DNA of 57,434 nucleotides from an uncultured Candidatus Saccharibacteria bacterium (GTDB lineage Bacteria > Patescibacteriota > Minisyncoccia > Phycocordibacterales > UBA1006), in contig CAZUIQ010000003.1 of the NCBI GenBank assembly GCA_964620085.1, positions 16,912-74,345 on the forward strand. Direction: 5' to 3'. The notes beneath the pieces were generated by a model. It made no database searches. It saw nothing but the letters and a program-made list of their open reading frames with translations, and was not told the DNA's origin. How positions within the stretch are numbered: position 1 is the first letter of the stretch; each line of letters opens with the position of its first letter. Below are positions 26,505 to 35,840 of this stretch, one piece after another. The position numbers and the translations under genes are program-made.

Positions 26505-26750
26505 TTAGGATGATAGTATGTCTGCAAGACCTCCTGCGTTCGTTACCTCAGTAAATCCTGCTTGGGTTAATAATTGCTCTGCAACCGTTGAGCGACCTCC
26601 TGATCGACAATAAACCATGATAGGAGTATCTTTTGAAATATCAGGGAAGATGCCTTGTTCTAAGCGATCAAGAGGATGATTTATAGCTGTAGGATAATGA
26701 CCTGTTTCAAATTCTTCAGGTGTTCGTACGTCGATATAATAAGGATTCAT
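26505..26750 (-). CDS. single-domain rhodanese sulfurtransferase (copy 1)
   Basis: IDVRTPEEFETGHYPTAIN and the active-site loop YCRSGGRS. Confidence 0.85.
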   Translation of the reverse strand: MNPYYIDVRTPEEFETGHYPTAINHPLDRLEQGIFPDISKDTPIMVYCRSGGRSTVAEQLLTQAGFTEVTNAGGLADILSS

Positions 26751-26783
26751 AGAAAATAAAGTTACTCTAATAATTTATAATAC

Positions 26784-27182
26784 TTACCAATTCAATACTG
26801 TAATCGTGACCTGCAACACCGTGGCAAAACATACCCAGGCAACATACGGAATATTTACATAACTAACCCACGGAGCATGAGGATAAATAGCTACCAATGC
26901 CCAAATAAGCGTTCCAAGGACGAGGAAGATATCAATCATCGCAAGGACATTGTTCTGTAATCCAAATTGAAGGGGTGTAAACAGTGCGTTGAAAATAAGA
27001 TTAAGGATAAATGGGAGAAGGACGATAAACGGAATCTTCTTGGTAAAAAACAAATACGCTACATATCCGTATGATCCTGCAATGATCACATATAAGACTG
27101 TCCACACCGGACCAAAAAGCCACGATGGTGGTGCCCAAGTCGGTTTGATAAGTGTCTGGTACCAGAGGGATGATGTGTTCAT
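26784..27182 (-). CDS. tspO: TspO/MBR family tryptophan-rich sensory protein
   Basis: WYQTLIKPTWAPPSWLFGPVWTVLY. Confidence 0.85.
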   Translation of the reverse strand: MNTSSLWYQTLIKPTWAPPSWLFGPVWTVLYVIIAGSYGYVAYLFFTKKIPFIVLLPFILNLIFNALFTPLQFGLQNNVLAMIDIFLVLGTLIWALVAIYPHAPWVSYVNIPYVAWVCFATVLQVTITVLNW

Positions 27183-27228
27183 GTGATAAGTATATCACGT
27201 ATGAAAATGTCCATGATATACTTGAGCA

Positions 27229-27792
27229 ATGAAACTTATTTTCGCACTCGTTGCAGCAGCGCTCGCTATTATCGGTAATGTCCCCTATTTACGCGACATG
27301 TTCCGTGGCAAAGTAAAACCCCATCCGTATACTTGGTTTATCTGGTCAATTGTATCCGGGGTAACATTCGCAGGACAATGGATCGGTGGTGCTGGATGGG
27401 CATTGATCGCATTCGGAGCTTCTGAAATTTTTACCTTTATCATATTCCTCTTTTCACTGAAATATGGATTCAAAGATATTCCTCGCGCAGATACCTGGTT
27501 CCTTGTAGTTGCCATTCTAGGACTCATTCCTTGGATTATTACCAAGGATCCAACATGGTCAGTAGTGATTATGGTGATCATCGATTGTATCGCATTTATT
27601 CCAACACTCAAGAAAGGCTGGCAGCATGCCAATACCGAGGATGCCATTCTCTATGAATCAAATGTGTTGCGACATATCCTTGCCCTCCTCGCACTCGGGT
27701 CGTATAACATTGCGACCATGTTCCATTCTGTAGCGATGATTATTACCAACAGTGCCATGGTGTTCGGATTACTTACTCACAAGAAAAAATAA
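27229..27792 (+). CDS. polytopic membrane protein, hypothetical (187 aa)
   Basis: About six hydrophobic helices. No family recognised. Confidence 0.5.
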   Translation: MKLIFALVAAALAIIGNVPYLRDMFRGKVKPHPYTWFIWSIVSGVTFAGQWIGGAGWALIAFGASEIFTFIIFLFSLKYGFKDIPRADTWFLVVAILGLIPWIITKDPTWSVVIMVIIDCIAFIPTLKKGWQHANTEDAILYESNVLRHILALLALGSYNIATMFHSVAMIITNSAMVFGLLTHKKK

Positions 27793-27821
27793 AACCCCTC
27801 GAGTGGGTTTTATTTTTGAAA

Positions 27822-28061
27822 TTATATAATGTCGGCTAATCCCCCAACATTTTCTAGGTTAGTAAATCCAGCTTGTTCAAGGAGTTTTTGTGCAGCTCCT
27901 GCACGAGCTCCTGATCGGCAATATATTTTTATCTCTGCATCCTTTGCAATATCGGGCACATTGCCGCCAATAATGAGGTTTACATCGAAATTGACTGCGT
28001 GAGGATAGTGCCCACCGGCAAATTCTTCTGGTGTGCGGACATCTAAGTAAATAGTATTCAT
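27822..28061 (-). CDS. single-domain rhodanese sulfurtransferase (copy 2)
   Basis: LDVRTPEEFAGGHYPHAVN and YCRSGARA. A clear paralogue of 26505..26750. Confidence 0.85.
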   Translation of the reverse strand: MNTIYLDVRTPEEFAGGHYPHAVNFDVNLIIGGNVPDIAKDAEIKIYCRSGARAGAAQKLLEQAGFTNLENVGGLADII

Positions 28062-28075
28062 AAGATGAAAAAAGA

Positions 28076-29452
28076 TTATTTTATGTTAAGTCCCCAACTA
28101 TTCGCTGTTGCGTTACGATAATACCGAGAAATAAAGAATTGAGCAGCTCCAAATATGATTAAAATAATCAGTACGATGAATTTGTAGGTTACCCATTCTG
28201 GAGCTGACAAAAATACGCGGGCAATTTCATTAGATATCGCAATGAGCGCCATGAAAAGTCCCCAGTTTATCGATACTATAAACCATCCCTTGTCAGTAAT
28301 ATCAAAAATTTGATTAAACATTTTTTTAAGTACTAATTTTTTGAAGAAGAGTGGAATGAGAATCCCAAGGGCAAATATTCCAAAATAGAGAGTATCCTTG
28401 AAAATAATAAAAAATGGATTATTGAGTACAATCGTTAGTATTCCAAAAACAATAACACTACCGCTCGCAATTAATGGGAAAAACGCGATTTTCCCATAGA
28501 TTTTTATACTTGCGATCAAGGCAAAGACCATGGCTCCTATAAGGATCGCTACTGATGTCATGAAATTGAAAATTTCAAAGGTAATGAAGAACAGGATGAG
28601 TGGTCCAAATTCTATAGCAATAGACGCTAGTGTTTTTGCCGGAATTTCTGGAACTAAAAAGTACGGAAGTGGAATCAAGACGCTTGTTTTGTTTTTGTAG
28701 TCTTCAAATTCTGGATTCCTAGCCATGCTTTTTTCTGCAAGAGGAATTCCTGAAACAAATACAATAAGTCCGGTGATAACAAGTGGTCCGATGATTCCAA
28801 CGAACCCTAAGCCTGTCCCAAGTCCAATGATGAAGATCCCCCACCATTGGGTTACCTCACCAAAATAATTGGGATGACGTGAATACTTCCAGAGACCTGA
28901 TTGCATAATGTGACCCTTGTTTGTAGGATCTGCAAGGAATGATTTTAATTGTGTATCTGCAATAGATTCACACAGGAATCCTCCTATCCATACCAATGTT
29001 CCAATAATCACCCATATGAGGTTTAAGGTGACTAATTGAGCCGTGATAAGGATCACAGGTGTTGCAATAACCATGGCAAGGATGCCTTGTAAGAGAAAAA
29101 CTTGAACAAAAGACCGTGCATAAAAATACCATCCACTCCCCCACGCATTTCGCCAGGCAACATACCGAGCGTCTTCGTCCGTATGTAAGTGTCGTGTAAA
29201 AATATGTGATGACAACCGTATTCCCCAAATGAGTACTAATACAATAGGGACAATACGTAAATCAAAAGCAGGATTGTTCAAAATAAAATGAACCAAGGCA
29301 AGTGCGATGAAATAAGTCCCCCATCCAATATCGGCAACATCATTTCGTCCTCGCACAAGGCTTATCACATACCAAAAAATTGATAGCACAACAACGGTGA
29401 TGATGCTGATAAGGAAAAGAGATATCATATTATTTAAGAATCGCCCAAGCAA
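28076..29452 (-). CDS. DUF1295 (steroid-reductase/ICMT-like) membrane domain fused to a YciB/IspZ-like C-terminal domain
   Basis: The N-terminal part has GLWKYSRHPNYFGEVTQWWG. The C-terminal 190 aa or so (FGPLILFFITFEIF...FKDTLYFGIFALGIL...) resembles septation protein A (YciB). Confidence 0.65.
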   Translation of the reverse strand: MLGRFLNNMISLFLISIITVVVLSIFWYVISLVRGRNDVADIGWGTYFIALALVHFILNNPAFDLRIVPIVLVLIWGIRLSSHIFTRHLHTDEDARYVAWRNAWGSGWYFYARSFVQVFLLQGILAMVIATPVILITAQLVTLNLIWVIIGTLVWIGGFLCESIADTQLKSFLADPTNKGHIMQSGLWKYSRHPNYFGEVTQWWGIFIIGLGTGLGFVGIIGPLVITGLIVFVSGIPLAEKSMARNPEFEDYKNKTSVLIPLPYFLVPEIPAKTLASIAIEFGPLILFFITFEIFNFMTSVAILIGAMVFALIASIKIYGKIAFFPLIASGSVIVFGILTIVLNNPFFIIFKDTLYFGIFALGILIPLFFKKLVLKKMFNQIFDITDKGWFIVSINWGLFMALIAISNEIARVFLSAPEWVTYKFIVLIILIIFGAAQFFISRYYRNATANSWGLNIK

Positions 29453-29825
29453 TCAATGCAGTAACACCAGTGATGGTTGCACCCCAGATCATATCAACAA
29501 CCGTGATAATAGTCGGCCAGTTGATAATGGTTGCATGATTCGTAAGGTCGTAGGTTGCGTACGCAATAAGTCCAAACAATGCCCCACGAAGGAGTACTTC
29601 ATACCATGAAAGTGATCCTGCAACGGCTGGACCAACAATGAAATACGCAATACCTGCTGCATACAGCAAATAGAATAAAATCGCAGCAAGCCACACAGGA
29701 TTAGGAGTCATGAGTGATCCGAGGTGTTTTGCATAAAATGATTTAGCAATAACCGCAAGCCACAATCCGTCGAGGACAAGCATAGGAATAAGGACAGCAA
29801 AATACGTTTTTATAAAAGTAATCAT
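29430..29825 (-). CDS. DUF2177 family membrane protein
   Basis: The start is probably MITFIKTYF at 29825, because the track extension to 29861 covers an AT-rich hairpin and T-run. LDGLWLAVIAKSFYAKHLG. It overlaps the downstream gene by 23 nt. Confidence 0.65.
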   Translation of the reverse strand: MITFIKTYFAVLIPMLVLDGLWLAVIAKSFYAKHLGSLMTPNPVWLAAILFYLLYAAGIAYFIVGPAVAGSLSWYEVLLRGALFGLIAYATYDLTNHATIINWPTIITVVDMIWGATITGVTALIAWAILK

Positions 29826-29886
29826 GAAAAAAGTATACCAAAAAAATCCCTGTTTCCGCAAGGATTTTTTTATTCAACCAGTCCAA

Positions 29887-32800
29887 TTATCTTTTTAAAC
29901 CATCACTTCCACACGAATTATTAATTAATTCTCGAGTAATCGGTCCTACATATCCATCAGGTGTTGTTTTCAAATACATCTGCATGCGTTTAATCGCACC
30001 AGTTGAAAGCGGTCCAAGGATTCCATCTTCTGGTCCTGAATTAAATCCAAGTCGGTTCAAGTGAGCTTGCAAGATTTTTGCTTCAGATACAATTCCTTGA
30101 GTATATGAATTGTATACCCCATTTCTACTCGGTGCTCTTAGGTTTTGTGTAAGCGTTTGAGTTGCGGTACATACACCTTTGTTACCTAGAGATGGCGAAG
30201 TCGAGTTTGTAGATGAATTTGTAAGCGTGATTCCTTGTTGTGCAAGGAATGTTGATGATGTATACCCACCGACACTTCGTTTGCGCGGTGTTGGTTCTGG
30301 CTCTGGTTCAGGCTCTTCATCACTACACGGCAATGTCGTAAATGAGAGTTCGTTTTCAGCACTCACAAGACCTTCCTCGCCGAAACTAATATACCCAATC
30401 GCAATATAGTAATATGTTGTATTACATGTCAGATCCGTGAGTCCAAGATAGTTATCTGGGGTCATGAAAGCATTTAGATCAAAGGTATACACCCCTGTTT
30501 CCTCATTAACGGTTCCAAAATCATCAGCAGGACCCATGAGTAATGCACCACCCAGCTCAAGAGGCTCTTCTGAAAATGCAAATCCGAGTGTTCCTGGTCC
30601 GAAACTGCCTGAAATAACTTGTCCTCGTAATACCGCTGATCGTTCAGTAATATCAGTTGCTGATAGTGAAAAAAGCTCAGGCTCTCCCTCTTCAAAAGAT
30701 TCCCACATGAAATGAGGATAACGACTATTGTTACTATTCATCTGCCAAATAGTATCAAAATCCCAATCGGCATCAGTATAGGTAGACTGTGTTCTTGCTT
30801 GCGCAGTAGTTAATTCAGTAAGCCCCGAACATGCACCCGTGTGACATGCATCTTCTTGTTCAGTTGATTCGCCATCCCAGAATGAATCAGTGAACAACGT
30901 ATCAGTTGCATCATTTGCAAATCCACCCACAAGAGTTCCTGCGTCGGTAAGAATCACCAATCCACGAGCGTATGCATTCGTAACGTTTCCAGAGTTTATT
31001 GTTCCTGCAAATGATCCTACCTGATCATTACCACTTACTGATCCACCTGAATACACATTGATAAATGTTGAACCGTAGCCTTCTCCGATAAATCCTCCGA
31101 TCACATTATTCCCCGTAACGTCTCCATGTGCGGAAGCTTGGGTAAATGTAGATCCTGGACCCTCACACCCATCGAATCCTACGAATCCTCCGGCGTTTCC
31201 ATTTCCTGCCGTGACATTACCTGATGCTGAAACACGTAGGAACGTACTTTCGCACAAGCTTTGTCCTGCGAACCCTCCAATGTTGCCTCCAACAGAATCA
31301 ACATCTCCTATCGCAGTACTGTCTATAATATCACTGTTAAATATCGCTCCACCAAAACCTCCAACACTTTCATTTCCTGAAACATTTCCCGTAGCATAAC
31401 TATTGGTAATGGTTGCTTCATAGGTATATCCTACGAACCCTCCGGTATTATTACCTTCTGCTGAAACACTTCCGGTTGCACTCGCATCGTCAATAGTAGA
31501 ACTTGCAATATATCCCGCAAATCCTCCGGTATAGTTTCCTGATTTACTAATATCTGGTATATACTCGTCTTCATTACTATTTGATACAACATCTCCAGTT
31601 GCATCAACACCACTGATTTGTGAGTTATTAATTTCTCCGAATGCACCTCCGATATATTCTCCTCCATCAATGTCTGCACTGGTTTCACCAGTAGTCACGG
31701 TACTGGTATCAACTCCCCCGATCAGCCCTCCAATAATATTTCCTGATCCGTGCACATTTCCTTCGATAACGGTCAAGTTTTCTGCGGTACTCTCACTCAT
31801 CATTCGCCCTGCGATACCTCCTCCATAATATGCGAGATACGCGCGCACCATTCCTTGGTTGTTCGTAAGATTTTGTAAAGTAACCCCATTTCCTTGCCCT
31901 AGAAAACCTCCCGTATTTGCACCTCCAACAATACGCGCGTTGCTTAGCGTAATATTTTTAATCGTTGCATTATTCGCATATCCAATGAGTCCTCCTGATT
32001 CGCGACCTTTTCTAAAAATCCACAGGTTTGAAATAGTATATCCTTGTCCATCAAGACTTCCCGTGAATCCTGTTCCTTCGTTGTAATAATCAACTTGTCC
32101 GATAGGTTCAAACCCAAAATACCCATTGTTTTCTACAATAGTATATTCATCAGGGATAAGTTCTCCTCCAACTACCCCGTCCACCCATTCTTCTTCATTA
32201 CCATTCCATGTAGCAGTAGCCGCACAGTCAATAATACTGCTCGTCAAAATATAGTGTGCATCAAGATCCTCATTAATATTTTGTAATTGCTGACAAGTTG
32301 TAATCTGATACGGATCAAGTTCGGTCCCATCACCTCCAGCAAACAACGGCTCCGGTGTTGGTACATCATATGCTGATTTTGCAAAACGCACATCATCAAT
32401 TACTGCATTAGCAAAAAAAGTTGGAGATGAGCCAAATGCACCAATCAAAAATGCTGCAGTGGAGTCAGTATGTTCTGGTACATCATTAAGCGTGTCTGCG
32501 ACACCGTCATTTACAATAATTGAGTTTGTATTTGTTTCCGCATTATGAGTAGCTACAATGTAATACCATGTTCCTACCTCAGGTGAACCTAACTGATCAG
32601 CTTTTACAAAATAGTTATCTTCTGATGAATAGGTAGAAAATACAAATCGATCAAACGTATTTTCAAAATAGAGCGCATATTCACCACCCGTTCCATACTT
32701 AGAAACAAACACCTGGGTTCCTGTTTTGTCATTTAATTTTACCCACGCAGAAACAGTAAAGCTCGTTTCACCCCCGGTACTGAGCGACGCATTATCTGTA

Positions 32801-33366
32801 ATTGAGAGATAATCATTAGTTGCAATACCTACTCCATCGTTAAATGGAGACGTAAGAACTGACGGACTTCCTGTTACGGTCAGATCATTATCACCTACAC
32901 TATCGACACGGGTTCCGCTCGGTTCGTTTAATGTCCAGTGACTCACGGTATTATCAAAATAGCAAGGTGATGTTGTGAAGGTATCATCAGCACTATAGCC
33001 ATCAAGTAATCCATTATTTCGCACTCTAAAACGATAATGGTACGTAGTATCACAAGTCAGTCCTGTGATAGGTACATCAAAATTCCCTGGAATGGTGAGT
33101 TCGTTGAGGTTATATCGCTGAACTTCGCTTCCATACGTATTATCTACTCCATATTCAACCCAGATACCAATTACTTCAGCAATTCCTTCGTCGGTGATCT
33201 CACCTGTTGGTGTTGCTGATGTGGGAAGAATGCTCTGGGGAAAAACGTTTACTACAACTGGTTCACCGACCGCAAAAACATGAGAGGCTCCAGAGAGAAT
33301 TCCGACCGCTAATAATACGAATAAAGAAAACGTACGCACGGTACGAATGATACGTTGGGGTTGCAT
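29887..33366 (-). CDS. large secreted surface protein: FN3-like, LamG, GLUG-motif repeats, FN3-like, peptidoglycan-binding domain
   Basis: Signal peptide. LamG-type region ...FTVSAWVKLND...AVIDDVRFAKSAY. At least 12 repeats with GG(F/L/I)xG (GGLIGY, GGFLGQ, GGFAGY, GGFVGY, GGFGGA, GGFAGQ, GGFIGE and others). PEPEPEPTP linker. C-terminus AKILQAHLNRLGFNSGPEDGILGPLSTGAIKRMQ. Confidence 0.8.
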   Translation of the reverse strand: MQPQRIIRTVRTFSLFVLLAVGILSGASHVFAVGEPVVVNVFPQSILPTSATPTGEITDEGIAEVIGIWVEYGVDNTYGSEVQRYNLNELTIPGNFDVPITGLTCDTTYHYRFRVRNNGLLDGYSADDTFTTSPCYFDNTVSHWTLNEPSGTRVDSVGDNDLTVTGSPSVLTSPFNDGVGIATNDYLSITDNASLSTGGETSFTVSAWVKLNDKTGTQVFVSKYGTGGEYALYFENTFDRFVFSTYSSEDNYFVKADQLGSPEVGTWYYIVATHNAETNTNSIIVNDGVADTLNDVPEHTDSTAAFLIGAFGSSPTFFANAVIDDVRFAKSAYDVPTPEPLFAGGDGTELDPYQITTCQQLQNINEDLDAHYILTSSIIDCAATATWNGNEEEWVDGVVGGELIPDEYTIVENNGYFGFEPIGQVDYYNEGTGFTGSLDGQGYTISNLWIFRKGRESGGLIGYANNATIKNITLSNARIVGGANTGGFLGQGNGVTLQNLTNNQGMVRAYLAYYGGGIAGRMMSESTAENLTVIEGNVHGSGNIIGGLIGGVDTSTVTTGETSADIDGGEYIGGAFGEINNSQISGVDATGDVVSNSNEDEYIPDISKSGNYTGGFAGYIASSTIDDASATGSVSAEGNNTGGFVGYTYEATITNSYATGNVSGNESVGGFGGAIFNSDIIDSTAIGDVDSVGGNIGGFAGQSLCESTFLRVSASGNVTAGNGNAGGFVGFDGCEGPGSTFTQASAHGDVTGNNVIGGFIGEGYGSTFINVYSGGSVSGNDQVGSFAGTINSGNVTNAYARGLVILTDAGTLVGGFANDATDTLFTDSFWDGESTEQEDACHTGACSGLTELTTAQARTQSTYTDADWDFDTIWQMNSNNSRYPHFMWESFEEGEPELFSLSATDITERSAVLRGQVISGSFGPGTLGFAFSEEPLELGGALLMGPADDFGTVNEETGVYTFDLNAFMTPDNYLGLTDLTCNTTYYYIAIGYISFGEEGLVSAENELSFTTLPCSDEEPEPEPEPTPRKRSVGGYTSSTFLAQQGITLTNSSTNSTSPSLGNKGVCTATQTLTQNLRAPSRNGVYNSYTQGIVSEAKILQAHLNRLGFNSGPEDGILGPLSTGAIKRMQMYLKTTPDGYVGPITRELINNSCGSDGLKR

Positions 33367-33438
33367 GTATAAATTATCTCACATTGTATGATAGGGTGCA
33401 ATAAAAAAAATACTCGTCACGAATGACGAGTATTTTTT

Positions 33439-33840
33439 TTATTCAGTTGTCTCCCCTTCAAATTCTTCATCATCATGGATCGCATCAGCCTTGGTCATGT
33501 GCACGGTACCATCCTCATGGTGTGCTGGGCTGTAAATAGTATACATCTTCAAGGATTCCGTCTGGGAAGTATTAATGACGTTATGTTGAGATCCTGCAGG
33601 AATAATAACTGCATGACCATCACCTACGATATATTCTATGTCGTTAATAATTACTTTACCCTCGCCTGCTTCGAATCGGAAGAATTGATCATTGTCAGGA
33701 TGTGTTTCAAGTCCAATATCCTCTCCAGGTTGTAAGGTCATAACCACGAGCTGGCAATGTTGCGCTGTATACAAAACCGTACGAAAGGTTTCGTTGCTTT
33801 CAGTTACTTGTTCAATGTTGTCATGATATCCGTGTTTCAT
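33439..33840 (-). CDS. cupin domain protein
   Basis: MTLQPGEDIGLETHPDNDQFFRFEAGEGKVII...AVIIPAGSQHNVIN, which carries the cupin motifs. Confidence 0.8.
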   Translation of the reverse strand: MKHGYHDNIEQVTESNETFRTVLYTAQHCQLVVMTLQPGEDIGLETHPDNDQFFRFEAGEGKVIINDIEYIVGDGHAVIIPAGSQHNVINTSQTESLKMYTIYSPAHHEDGTVHMTKADAIHDDEEFEGETTE

Positions 33841-33873
33841 AAGTATGATTTTATAGTAATTTGAATAAAAGTT

Positions 33874-34407
33874 CTAATTTTTCTTGTTCAGTAATGCATG
33901 AATTCCTATTCCTACCCACGTCACAAATAATGCAGAATAGTTCGTGATCATAAACCAGGGCGTTCCCCATGAAATTCCGTACAGGAACTTCCAGTTTGAA
34001 AGTGGGAAAAGGACTGGTGTTGCGTAGAAATTTGCTGCATGGGTGGGTATATCAATGATGATATGCAATGCCCACCCGAGGAGTTCCCAGCGCGGTCGTT
34101 TTGAAAGAATCCAAGTAATGATAAATACGACGGCCCAGATCACCAAACTATGGCTATAGTTATAGAGCGATGGAGCAAGTCCGCTTGCTATGGAATCTCG
34201 TCCATAGATAAATCCGTTTCCTGATATCCATCCAAAAATTCCAATAATAAATGGAACCGTAAATGCAAAGAGGTCTGGGAAAACTCCCCAGAAGGTTGTC
34301 CATCCAATCGATAGGAGATATCTCCGATATTTTTCAGCTTGTGCTGCCTTGCGTTTTGCAAGGCGAGCCAAGGCGTTCGTCCAAAGTGCGTGTGCAAATA
34401 TGTCCAT
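33874..34407 (-). CDS. membrane protein, possibly DUF457/YdjM-like metal-dependent hydrolase (tentative)
   Basis: Polytopic. His/Asp pattern AH...PD...SHSL...HIIIDIPTH. Confidence 0.4.
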   Translation of the reverse strand: MDIFAHALWTNALARLAKRKAAQAEKYRRYLLSIGWTTFWGVFPDLFAFTVPFIIGIFGWISGNGFIYGRDSIASGLAPSLYNYSHSLVIWAVVFIITWILSKRPRWELLGWALHIIIDIPTHAANFYATPVLFPLSNWKFLYGISWGTPWFMITNYSALFVTWVGIGIHALLNKKN

Positions 34408-34421
34408 AGTAATAGATAAAA

Positions 34422-34640
34422 TTATTTAGGTCGATTAATCGGCTTCTTCCCGTTTGGTTTAAACGGTCGAGCATTTTTGAATTGAGAAATTGTGTGATCA
34501 AGTTTCTTCAAGGAAAAGGTGGTAGATCGACCAAGTGTTTTTGCTTTGAGTTCGTCCCAGGCTTTTCCATTAGCAATACGCTTGGCTTTACCCGGAGTAT
34601 TGCGATGACGACCTTTAGGATTAGATGTTGGATTTTTCAT
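34422..34640 (-). CDS. small, very basic hypothetical protein (72 aa)
   Basis: ORF preceded by the extended -10 TGaTATAAT, which ends 7 nt before the ATG. Confidence 0.45.
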   Translation of the reverse strand: MKNPTSNPKGRHRNTPGKAKRIANGKAWDELKAKTLGRSTTFSLKKLDHTISQFKNARPFKPNGKKPINRPK

Positions 34641-34699
34641 TACCTAAATTATATCACAAAACCACCTCGTCAGGTGGTTTTCGTTGTAAGATATTCTGT

Positions 34700-34849
34700 T
34701 TATTTGATCGGATTGCGTCCCTGGATAATACGAACCAAGAATACAATTATAGCAATAACGAGGAGGATGTGAATAAACCAACCAATAGAATAAATACCAA
34801 TAACCCCGAGAAGCCACAAGATAAGCAAGATAACACCAAAGGTATGCAC
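34700..34849 (-). CDS. lmo0937-family small membrane protein (49 aa, GTG start)
   Basis: Below the 60-aa track cut-off. My translation is (M)HTFGVILLILWLLGVIGIYSIGWFIHILLVIAIIVFLVRIIQGRNPIK. A TGA stop lies immediately upstream in frame. Terminators flank it on both sides. Confidence 0.7.
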   Translation of the reverse strand: MHTFGVILLILWLLGVIGIYSIGWFIHILLVIAIIVFLVRIIQGRNPIK

Positions 34850-34853
34850 TCAT

Positions 34854-34882
34854 AAAAAAAGCCCCTCGGTATGTTGAGAGGC
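34854..34882 (-). terminator. rho-independent terminator
   Basis: The minus strand reads GCCTCTC-aacatacc-GAGGGGC then TTTTTTT. Confidence 0.65.
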
Positions 34883-34898
34883 TTTGTAAGGTTGTTAC

Positions 34899-35621
34899 TT
34901 ATTTCGTAAGAGGTCCAAAAACTCCAGGAAGATTAAGATTCTTGCTCGTTGTCTGTACCTTGTGTTTTTTTCTGATTTTTTGCATAGGTGTCGCACCAGT
35001 AGCGATCCTTCTTTTTATGGTCGCTTTTTTTCTTGCGATAAACTTGGTTACATAAGTAGTAAGTTCCGGGTCATGAGGTAGTGATATGAAGAAATTTTTC
35101 CGTTCAATAATTCTTCCGTTCTTTCTAGTCACAAACTCATGTTTACCAGCCTTGTTCCTGAAGGGGACCATAAGGCTGGGCACCGTTGTTTTAACCGAAA
35201 CAGGACGGTGACGAATGCACCATTCAACCGCACGCAAATGCAATATGATGTTCTGTGCAAAATTTTTACCATAACAACGCAAAGGTTCGCGATAGTAGCG
35301 CTTGCCTTTAATAACTGGTAATGAATCAGTTACTACAATCCATGCTTCGTTGACGCGATAGAAGTCCTGGTCCTTATTGTTGTAAGGAATGTGGAGATAA
35401 ATCGCAAGACCGTCAAGGTCTTTTTTGTAACTTACTCCATGAAGCGTCACCTCCCCACGTTTAGTTTTAGGAGCTAAATAGCTTCTTAGTGCTGCATTAC
35501 GAATAGCAAGAGGCATCGTTGTTTGTAAATCAAATCCAAGTAGTACCGCAGCCTTGCTTAGTTTATTAAACTGCGAGATCGCATTAGAAACTTTTTTCTT
35601 AAAACTTTTTCCCTTTTCCAT
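34899..35621 (-). CDS. hypothetical basic protein (240 aa), divergent from the lexA operon
   Basis: Intact ORF. No family recognised. Confidence 0.5.
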   Translation of the reverse strand: MEKGKSFKKKVSNAISQFNKLSKAAVLLGFDLQTTMPLAIRNAALRSYLAPKTKRGEVTLHGVSYKKDLDGLAIYLHIPYNNKDQDFYRVNEAWIVVTDSLPVIKGKRYYREPLRCYGKNFAQNIILHLRAVEWCIRHRPVSVKTTVPSLMVPFRNKAGKHEFVTRKNGRIIERKNFFISLPHDPELTTYVTKFIARKKATIKRRIATGATPMQKIRKKHKVQTTSKNLNLPGVFGPLTK

Positions 35622-35728
35622 AGGTTATATTATTTTTTTAAATTGTGAAAAATTTAACATGATCCTAACATAGAATCCTTGACAAATCAAGTTGATGTAT
35701 CATATTTCATTATCCACAGCATTAGTAC

Positions 35729-35757
35729 TTGCATGTGAACGTACGTTCACATAGAAT
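35729..35757 (+). promoter_or_regulatory. lexA-operon promoter with an embedded SOS (Cheo-type) box
   Basis: TTGCAT at 35729..35734, a 17-nt spacer, then TAGAAT at 35752..35757. The spacer contains the perfect palindrome TGAACGTACGTTCA at 35736..35749, which has the form GAAC-N4-GTTC. Confidence 0.65.
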
Positions 35758-35840
35758 GTAATTAATACCAAGAGACGGTATTGTGAGTCCGCGAGATCCC
35801 TATTATCATTGTATACACAACTAATTTTTATTCTAAACCT

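Noticed and set aside
2594-33219. Numerous 60-140-aa ORFs lying antisense or out of frame inside long genes. Examples are 1867..2313, 3205..3934, 6073..6888, 10944..11345, 20125..20572, 30179..32286, 44738..45160 and 46409..47064.
   Set aside because: They lie entirely within well-supported longer genes, have low-complexity or atypical composition, and have no independent signals. They are shadow ORFs.
34644-34853. Track ORF of 69 aa (MSAYLWCYLAYLVASRGYWY...).
   Set aside because: Its composition is odd for a real protein. The overlapping frame encodes a typical lmo0937-family micro-protein (34700..34849).
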